DNA of 64,000 nucleotides from Octopus vulgaris (Eukaryota), in NCBI GenBank assembly GCA_951406725.2, contig OX597819.1, positions 53,630,001 to 53,694,000 on the forward strand, in the 5' to 3' direction. A model generated the notes under the pieces. It made no database searches. It worked only from the letters and a program-made list of their open reading frames with translations, and was not told the origin of the DNA. Position 1 is the stretch's first letter, and every line of letters starts with the position of its first letter. Shown here one piece after another: positions 54,847 to 64,000 of the stretch. Made by a program: the position numbers and the translations under genes.

Positions 54847-54888
54847 GTCACTGAGGAAACCAAATCAGGTCGAAACATCAGGTTTGAC
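54847..54888 (+). ncRNA. Candidate minimal type I hammerhead ribozyme
   Basis: GTCA-CTGAGGA-AACC-aaatca-GGTC-GAAA-C-atcag-GTT-TGAC; stem I GTCA/TGAC is perfect. Confidence 0.6.
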
Positions 54889-55016
54889 AATCCTCCGACC
54901 TCCTGAGTGAAACTCTGAGTTTTTCTTTTAACACGAAAGTCTCTTCGGGGTCTCTCAAGTAAAATTTTACAGCTTGTGTTGTTCTATATTTGTATACTTA
55001 CTATAAACTGAGGTTG

Positions 55017-55320
55017 TGAAGGCGCGTGGCTTAGTGGTTAGGGCATTCGGCTCACGATTATAAGGTCGTGAGTTCAATTCCCGTCGACGCGTTGTGTCCT
55101 TGAGCAAGACACTTTATTTTACGTTGCTCCAGTCCACTCAGCTGACAAAAAAGGGCCGGCATTGTCACGCTCTGTGTCACGCTGAATCTCCCTGAGAACT
55201 ACGTTAGGGGTACACGTGTTTGTGTATTGCTCAGTCACTTGCACGTTAATTTCACGAGGAAGCTGTTCCGTTGATCGTATCGGCTGGGACCCTCGTCGTC
55301 GTAACCGACGGCGTGCTCCT
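55017..55320 (+). mobile_element. SINE family B, best preserved copy
   Basis: GGCGCGTGGCTTAGTGGTTAGGG (A box) ... GAGTTCAATTC (B box), core and tail. Confidence 0.9.
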
Positions 55321-55339
55321 TTTTTTTTATAAACTGATG

Positions 55340-55730
55340 TTGAAAAGAAGGAAGAGAGAGAGAGAGGTAGAGGAAGTGGAGTGGGAGAAAAGGAAGCGGG
55401 GGAAGAAGAGGGAGAGGAGGAGATAGAGGAAGAGGAATAGGTGAAAGGGGAGAAGGAAGAAAAGGTCTAGAAGAAAGAAGAGGAGGAAGGAAAAGAAAAG
55501 ATGAGGATGTGGAGGAGAAGGAAGAAAAGTGGAAAAGCAGGAAGAGGCGGAGAAGAGGAAAAGGAGGAAAAAAGAGGAAAGAAGGAAGAGAAGGAAGAGG
55601 TGGAGAAGGAAGAAGAGGAGGAAGAGGATGAAAAGATGAGGAGGAGGAGAAGGAGAAGGAAGAAAAAGTGAAAAAGGAGGAAGAGGAAAAGAAGGAGTAA
55701 ATAAACGAGGAGGAGGAAGCGGAGTAGAGG
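55340..55730. repeat. Polypurine (GGA/GAA) low-complexity tract; (CCA)n tract at 56070-56605
   Basis: Seen directly. Confidence 0.9.
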
Positions 55731-56401
55731 TGTATGATTGATTTATTGATTCTAGTTTCATTCAGCTCATGAGCTGTGGCCATGCTGGGGCACGTTGCTT
55801 TATTTTACAAAAAAAAAAAAAAAAAAAAAAGTCCCGTCATATGAGACTGAAACCAAATTAGAGAGATTCTACGTTTATCCTAAATATGAATAAACATAAG
55901 CTGCCACTCCAAACCCTGTCCCCTAATACCAACCCCTCCCCCATTACTATTCGCATTATCACCACAATTCTATCCCCCACCACACTCCATCAATGCCCTA
56001 CCACCAACGCAGCCAATGTCACATTAAGTATCATCACTTCTATTATCTGCTGCTACTCCCACCCACCCAACACCACTACCAACGCCGCCACCACCACCAC
56101 CACCACCACCACCACCACCACAATAATAAAAAAAAATAAACCCTAATACATCAGTCAATTATCAAATTACCAGCACCAGTAGTAGCAGCAGCATCACCAC
56201 CACCATCATCATCCCAGCTACCATCGCCACCATCACCTTATAAAGTCAATTCATAGCTCCATTATCAAATTACCACCTGTACCACCTGTACCACCACTAC
56301 CACCACCACCATTTCTATCATCACTATTACCACCACCACCACCACCATTTCTACCACCACTACCACCACCATCACCACCACCACCACCACCACCACCACC
56401 A

Positions 56402-56442
<41 letters not shown>

Positions 56443-56612
56443 ACCACCGCCACTACCACTGCCTGTATCCTCAGTAGCGCCACCAGTATCACCACCACCA
56501 CTACTACCAATATCAGCACCACTACTGCCATCACCATCATCGTCATCACGTTGACGACAACGACGACGACCGCTACCACCGCTACCACCACCACCACCAC
56601 CATCAACCCTAC

Positions 56613-56708
56613 CGTCTCCATTATCCGGTCACTGTTCTCCCCGCCAACATCGCCTCAATTAGTACGGTTATCTAATATCGAACCAATTACATCTGTTAAC
56701 GTCTTGGT
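56613..56708 (-). other. Candidate spliced exon (5' UTR ending ATG GAG ACG) of an unidentified minus-strand transcript
   Basis: Strong polypyrimidine acceptor ttcttccttttccttttcctttccctctacctgcag| and donor ACG|gtaggg; stops in all three frames upstream of this ATG. Confidence 0.35.
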
Positions 56709-57750
56709 CTGCAGGTAGAGGGAAAGGAAAAGGAAAAGGAAGAAACAGTAAGCGGTGTAGAGGACATTCTTTTCTTTCTCTTTGACTTTAAAGAAAGATT
56801 TAGGAAAACACTTACAACGAAAAACACTCACACACACACACGCACACGCACACACTTCATCTTATCTTTCAGGATGTTGTTGCCATGGTAATGCTTTGTT
56901 TCTCGGGTATTTTATTATTTCATCAGTTGTTCACAGGGTTGGTTGACGAGTTGGCAGAAATTGCACAGTGATCGATGTAGAAACAAACAAACAAATAAAC
57001 AAAACAAAAAAAAGAAATTCAGTATTGAGTTTCACCTCTTAACATTCCGAGTTCAAATCGTAGCAGGTTTGACTAAAGAAGAATAAAATAAATAAACAAA
57101 AAAATAAAAATAAAAGTAGAAGGGATTGGTACTAAGGATCCGTATCAGCCATGGACAAATTGCGGCTCGCGGGACTTTCTGAATGTTACAGCAAAGAAAA
57201 AATTCCTTGAATTGTTTTTTAGTGCGGCCCGTCTGGTGATGTGCCAATTTCTCTCATACGGTCTGTTTTTCGAAAAAGTTTACCCATGCCTGACCTATTA
57301 TATTTGGTCAGGAATCTGTTTAATCGATTTGGCATCTTTCTTGCTTTTCAAATGCTGGCTTTGTATTTTAGTCAAAAGAAATCGTCATTACTTTATTCAC
57401 AATGAAGGTGGTGGGTTGGCAGAATTGTTAACCCAGGCACTGTGCCATGACTCGTGTTGGGTTTATTTTGTCGGTGTTTATGGTAATTCTCAATTTCTCC
57501 CCAAATTTTGTAAAACTGAAAATATACCAGGTCTTGTTAGGCACTAATACGAGAAACAAATATAATCTGCCTGTGCTCAGCCAATAATTTTTCCAACCAG
57601 AGTGCATCTACATTTATATTTTCTAATGCAGTGTTTTTCCCAAACTATTTCCCCTACTCCAAGCTCCACTATAACTTTCCTGAAAAATATATGTCCGACT
57701 GGTGGTTAGAAAAAAAACCCCACTTTATTTTTAATATTTCTTAAATATTA

Positions 57751-57978
57751 AGAGCCAAGAAGGCTTTCAAGGCTAAGGCCTCTCGCCCTGCTGGGGACAA
57801 GAAATGTAAGAGGAAGAGAAAGGAAAGTTATTCCATCTACATCTACAAAGTAATGAAGCAAGTCCACCCTGACAATGGTATTTCCAGCAAAGCTATGTCC
57901 ATCATGAACAGTTTTGTCAACGATTTGTTCGAAAGAATAGGTTCTGAAGCTAGCCGTTTGGCTCACTACAACAAACAT
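57751..57978 (+). pseudogene. H2B: Truncated histone H2B fragment
   Basis: [56 protein letters not shown]; no start codon, C-terminal helices missing, no stem-loop. Confidence 0.93.
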
Positions 57979-58528
57979 ACTTTACTTCAATGGAAATTAG
58001 AATAGCGCTATACTGTAGCAGGCGGTCTTCACACAATACGCTTGGATGGAAGGATTCGTTTGGCTAGGCTCAGTATAGGTGTGGTATGTTTGCTGTGAAA
58101 AAAAGATTTTCACAATTCCATGTTCCACTGAGGAAAAAGAAAGAAAATTTTGGACTCCACTCCCCATCAGAATTTTCCCAAGTACCACCGATAGGGCGTA
58201 TGCCCTACGTTGTGAATCACTGTTCTCATGCATTCTTGTCTTTAGACTTTTCAAAGATAATACTATGATTTGTTTTGCTTAATTTCTTTTGAAATTTAAC
58301 TTCGTTTTAGATCAGTTGTTCTCAACCAAGGTCCACATGGCTCTTGGAGGTTTATATATGATCTTGTTATTAAAATTTATCGGCGGTAAATTGGTTGTAC
58401 TTCTACAATACATAAAATAACTTAATTTTTTTATTGAATTCCTAATAGTATTTAATTACAAAAATCTAAAGAGATATATTTAAGAATACGCACGCACGCA
58501 CGCACGCACGCACGCACACACACACGCA

Positions 58529-58616
<88 letters not shown>

Positions 58617-58620
<4 letters not shown>

Positions 58621-59158
58621 GTTATTAAAAAAGAATGAACCGATTTCATTACGCTATATTTTAATAAGGTAAAGTAATAGAAAACTCCAACTAAGTCACA
58701 AGTATTTACCCACAATCAACTTTTATTTCCTGTCTTACAAGTGTTCAATGTGGCCACCACCTGCAGCATGGGCAACATCAATACGATAAGAGAATTCCCC
58801 CTCCAGACGCGTATCAGTATATCATGATCCACTGAGTTGATCGCTGTTGTTATTCAATGTTTGAGGTCATTGAGGTTAGTGGATCGTATTTATGTTCCTC
58901 CGCTATCCACTAAACTTGATGACCTTAAACATCAAAATACAACAGTGGATTGTGATATGCTGATATGCATCTGGGAAGAATTCTCTTATGACATTGATGT
59001 TACCTGTGCTGCAGGTGGTGGCCACATTGAACACTTGTAAGACAAGAAATAAAAGTTGATTGTGAGTAAATACTTGTGACTTAGCTGGAGTTTTCTATTG
59101 CATTTCCTTATTAAAGTATTGCGTAATGAAATCGGTTCATTCTTTTTGAATAACCCTG
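58617..59158. mobile_element. Fold-back Tc1/mariner MITE built from two transposon 3' ends
   Basis: CAGGGTTATT.AAAAAGAATGAACCGATTTCATTACGC termini; ~210-bp inverted arms encoding the transposase end ...AAGGGHIEHL*. Confidence 0.85.
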
Positions 59159-59419
59159 TATATATATTGGATTTCCACTTAGTGGTCATCCCTTTTATAT
59201 GTTTGTAATATAATTTTTCTGAATCTTCAGATTTTTTCAATATGCAAGGCCACTGATTTAAATTGATATTAATCAAATTGATATCAATTTTTTACCCCTT
59301 TACACACACACACACACACGCGCGCGCGCAACACGCACACACACAACGTGGTATTTTGTCCCGTACTCGTCTCTCATTATATTTGCAGATTTTTCACTCG
59401 TTGGCGATGTCCTGTTCTT

Positions 59420-59817
59420 ATTCTCTTTCACTCTTTTACTTGTTTCAGTCATTTGACTGCGGCCATGCTGGAGCACCACCTTTAGTCGAATAAATCGACC
59501 CCGGAACTTATTCTTTGTAGGCCTAGTACTTATCTATCGGTCTCTTTTTGCAGAACCGCTACGTGACGGGGACGTAAACACACCAACATTGGTTGTCAAG
59601 TGATGGAAGGGGGACAAACACAGACACAAACAGCAAACACACACACACACACATATATATAAGGCGGGCTTTTTCAGCTTCCGTCTACCAAATCCACTCA
59701 CAAGGCTTTGGTCGGCCCGAGGCTATAGTAAAAGATATTTGCCCAAGGTGCCATGCAGTGGGACTGAACCCGGAACCACAGGTTGGGAAGGAAGCATCTT
59801 ACTACACAACCACTCCT
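59420..59817 (-). mobile_element. SINE A, full length
   Basis: Colinear with the family. Confidence 0.92.
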
Positions 59818-59897
59818 ATTTTTTGGTAATTTGTCCTGTACTTATCGCGCGTGTGTCTACGTATTTTTCACTCGTTGGTGACGTTCTGTACTTGATG

Positions 59898-59967
<70 letters not shown>

Positions 59968-60339
59968 GAGATGTGTGTGCATTCGCTTTTCACGCAAAAA
60001 CAGATTTACCAATTGCTTCCATACTTGTGATGCATGAATAATTTGACCTCGGACAGATGTTAGAATTTTTAAAATTAAAAGTAAAAAAAAAATATTGCTT
60101 GATATTTGTGATTCACTTCTTTAAAATGGTTTCTCAATGTCAACTTCCGTAATGACGTAAAAACGGCGAAGTCTCTCACTCTATTTTAATGTTTTCATTT
60201 CAAGTTTTAATTTGCTATTTGTAAACAACTACGATAAATTACTGAAAGAAATATTTACTGAGTTTCGGTTCAAGTTTTTAACGTGCCTTTATTTTGATTA
60301 TTCTTTCATTACATGTTTATTTCATTAATTGTTTGCAAA

Positions 60340-60405
<66 letters not shown>

Positions 60406-60949
60406 TCCGGGTTTGATTTCGTTATTACACAAGTATCACATTAAAATTTTGCAAATCAGCATGGTGCGTTCAAAAAATATGAACATTATTTTTCTTGAAC
60501 TCGCTCACTTCGTTAATTTCCGTAAAATTTTTTTATATATATTTTCTGTTGTACGCCGTGTTCAGCTCCACGTATTTGTAGTCAGCCACACACGCCCACG
60601 TGTGTTTTTGTATGTACGTTTATATACATTTATGTATGTGTATGTGTCTGTATGTGTGTGAGTGAGTGTTGTCATGTATACGTACATACATATGCATCCA
60701 TCTTTTTTGTATGTATGTGTGCTCTCCCCCATCTCTCTCTCTCTCTCTCTCACATACGCACTAGAAAGATGTAAGCCTATTTATTTATGCCTGTACGTAT
60801 ACATGACAACACACCTCTTCACTCGCTCTCTGTCTCTCTCTCTCTTACACACACATACACTTCACCATCCAGTTCATCTGATGTTTGATACTGTATGTAT
60901 ATGTATCTGTGTGCGTTTGTGTATGTGTGTGTATGTGTGCGTGCGGCCG

Positions 60950-62512
60950 TTCCACAATCATCAGAAAAAAAGCAGAGGAATTTTCTTTCTTGATGCTCCT
61001 GGTGGCACAGGCAAAACATTTGTAACATTACTTCTCCCCGAGGTAAGGCAACAAAAATGAATAGCAGTTGCTGTACCATTGTCTGGCTTTGCTGTCACCA
61101 TTCTCTCATGAGGACGAAACAGCTCATTCTGCTTTTAAATTACCACTAAACCTGGTCACAAATGACAGTCCAATTTATAACACAAGCAAAGATTCAAGTT
61201 CAGCAGAAGTGTTGTGCCAATGTCACCTTATCATTTGGGTTGAATGCACCATGTCACATAGAGATACAATGGAAACTAAGACCTTAAAGCAGTGATTCTC
61301 AAACTATCTGATGTGGCGTACAGGCAGCTTTTTTTCCAATGTTTCAGGGCCCGGCAATATTTCTTAGTAATATTAATTTATACAGGAAACAATATATATA
61401 ATGAATATAATAAAAGTTGACAATTTTTTATTTTGTAAACAATAGGCGTAGGAGTGGCTGTGTGGTAAGTAGCTTGCTTACCAACCACATGGCTCCGGGT
61501 TCAGTCCCACTGCGTGGCACCTTGGGCAAGTATCTTCTACTATAGCCTCGGGCCGACCAAAGCCTTATGAGTGGATTTGGTAGACGGAAACTGAAAGAAG
61601 CCCGTCGTATATATGTATGTATATGTATATATATGTATATATGTATGTATCTGTATATATATTTATGTATATGTATGTGTATATGTATGTGTGTGTATAT
61701 GTTTGTGTGTCTGTGTTTGTCCCCCCAACATCGCTTGACAACCGATGCTGGTGTGTTTACGTCCCCGTAATTTAGCAGTTCGGCAAAAGAGACCGATAGA
61801 ATAAGTACTGGGCTTACAAATAATAAGTCCTGGGGTCGATTTCCTCGACAAAAGGCAGTGCTCCAGCATGGGCACAGTCACATGACTGAAACAAGTAAAA
61901 GAGTAAAAGAGAGAGTAAATAATACAATATTACATAAGCATTTTATAATGTTTCTTTCTTTTTTGGAAACTCTTGATCCAAAAAGTGATGCAGTAGCAAG
62001 GATTAACTATGAATTAATGAATAAGATTCCAACAGTCATTAAGAAGTACAAATCAGTTGATTCAGTCCTTGATGAAAATGAAGCTGTCCATTACCCAACA
62101 GAATTCCCTAGTTGTCTTGATCCACCTGGAACACCCCCACATAAACCTTTTCTGAAGGTAGGAGTCCCAATACTGCTTCTAAGAAAGTTAGATCCTCCTA
62201 AATTATGCAATGGTACAATGACAGAAGCTACCATCATCACTGGATGTGCTGCGGGAGAAGAGGTTTTCATTCCAAGAATTCCAATCAAACCAACAGACAT
62301 GCCATCTGAGATCAAACGAACACAATTTCCAGTGTGACTTTGCTTTGCAATGTCTATTAATAAAGCTCAAGGTAAAACATTGAAATCTACTGGCTTACTT
62401 TTCTCATGGTCAACTTTATGTTGGTTGCTCCAGGGTAGGTAGTTTGCAAGACCTATTTGTCTATGCTCCAAACCAGAAAACAAAGAATGTTGTTTACCCA
62501 GAAGCTCTTACG
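60950..62512 (+). pseudogene. Helitron RepHel Pif1-family helicase, fragmented
   Basis: FFLDAPGGTGKTF, TAHSAFKLPL, LKVGVPILLLRKLDPPKLCNGT, FIPRIP, QFPV*LCFAMSINKAQG, FSHGQLYVGCSRV, TKNVVYPEAL. Confidence 0.92.
61443..61918 (+). mobile_element. Young SINE A inside a hAT MITE remnant (from 61290) inside the Helitron
   Basis: Full SINE; MITE left end CAGTGATTCTCAAAC. Confidence 0.9.
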
Positions 62513-62555
62513 TTAATTTCCTTCAGTATAAAAGTGGTAAATTTTGTATTTTCGT

Positions 62556-63323
62556 TTATTACCTCCAGGTATTGTTTTCAGTCGTGTTTGTTTGTTTGTC
62601 CGTGGACAAGATATCTCAAGAACTGTTGGGTGGATTCGGATGAAACTTTCAGTGATGTTTAGCCCTGTGACTGGCATGGTCTCATTAGATTTTGGGATCA
62701 ATCCGATACCGGACAAGGGTTCTGGATTATTTTTTAATATTTTCTTTATTTTATTTGTATATGTAAAGTTTCACATAGTTCTCTTGTACATGCACACGAA
62801 TACACACATATACTCACACATTTTCAGCGTTAAACATTACCATCCCATTTCCATTCTACACACACACACCCACATGCACACACACACACATACACGCAAA
62901 CATACCTCTCTTGTACACATACGTATACTCAGGCTTCAAACGCCGTTTATTGGCCTTTTCACCCCTTCCTTCGTTATTCATCTATCACGCCTTCCTTTCT
63001 CATTCATACAACGCTTTCTTTGCCACTTCGTTTCTTCTTTCTCACTGTTATTACTTTCTCTCGCACCTTTCCAATCATGGCTATTACTCTCACAACGTTT
63101 CCTTCACTGTATTAGAATTTCATCTCCTCTCCTTTCACCTCTCATTCAATATATAAATGAATGGATTACTTTTCCGTTTGAGAGCGATCGGGTTCATCTT
63201 TAGTATTCTCGTTTGTGAGAGCAGATTTTATTCCACATATTCTCATTTTAAAAATCATCTCCGATTAATCGTTGAGAGGACGTTGATGTTGCGTTGGCGG
63301 AGGTTTGCGCTCTCTGAGTGCTC

Positions 63324-63328
<5 letters not shown>
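62556..63328 (+). mobile_element. Helentron-type non-autonomous element (HINE/DINE-1-like architecture)
   Basis: 5' TTATTACCTCC, (TTTG)n, 3' TTGGCGGAGGT followed by hairpin GCGCTC-tct-GAGTGC; T-rich flanks. Confidence 0.65.
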
Positions 63329-63391
<63 letters not shown>

Positions 63392-64000
63392 TCGTATTAT
63401 GAATTCAGAATTGATTTCCCAATTAAAGAATAAATTGAATTTAGAATAACAAATTCCTATACGACATATTTTGCTTTTTTCTTCCAATACATAAAGAAAA
63501 AATTTCGTTCCCGGGCAACGCCGGGTGTCTCTTATTTCTTTTACTGCCCGCAAGTGGCTATACACAGAGGGGACAAACAATTACAGACAAACGGATTAAG
63601 TCGATTATATCGATCTCAGTGCGCAACTGGTACTTAATTTATCGACCCCGAAAGGATATATATATATATATATATATATAAAGCTTATAACAGGTCACAC
63701 ATTTCTGTGTTCACAATATATTAGCAACAAGTTGAAGACAGATGTTTGCATAACGTGTGAACGTAAAAATGTAAACACTAGTTGTAAACATGTTATCGGC
63801 CAATTGTTACAGACAAGATGAGTTGATGGAGAGAAGAGACAGAGACGGGCTGATGACGATGAGAGAGAGAGAGAGAGAGAGAAAACAGAGAGAGGGGAAA
63901 GAAAGAGGAGGAGGATGGTTACTTCTCTGTTGCAGCAACAAGTGCAGCAGCAGTAGGAGACACTGCTTCCTCTACCCGCCTCTCTCTCTCTCTCTCTCCT

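Larger units (their letters stand above)
59956..63530 (+). mobile_element. Decayed Helitron with nested insertions
   Basis: Helicase remnants and 3' hairpin CCCGGGCAACGCCGGG at 63510-63525; 5' boundary approximate, within (TA)n. Confidence 0.75.

Noticed and set aside
55235-56621. Phe/Ser/Pro-rich and poly-Val ORFs
   Set aside because: Polypurine and (CCA)n low-complexity tracts
59350-59893. ~70-bp direct repeat flanking a SINE
   Set aside because: Too long and diverged for a target duplication; an older tandem repeat interrupted by the SINE

Overview
AT-rich, repeat-dense animal genomic DNA. The dominant tRNA-derived SINE families and the heavy (TA)/(CA)/(TATG) microsatellite load point to a coleoid cephalopod, probably Octopus (recognised from memory, not by search). 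Positions 1-9.6 kb hold the last five coding exons of a + strand gene whose protein ends in a long Arg/Ser (RS) domain. All four junctions are GT-AG and keep the frame; the stop is at 9465 and AATAAA at 9581. The remaining ~54 kb has no intact long gene. It is a mosaic of SINEs, decayed Tc1/mariner elements, a near full-length hAT, a Helitron with nested insertions, MITEs, LINE fragments and a truncated histone H2B. The most notable unannotated signal is a set of hammerhead-ribozyme-like motifs (CUGANGA...GAAA...GUH) in several unrelated short repeats of Penelope type. They include one with a tRNA-like Pol III head and a palindrome with a hammerhead on each strand. Most listed ORFs are microsatellite or SINE artefacts. 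Repeat boundaries are approximate and all folds were done by eye.
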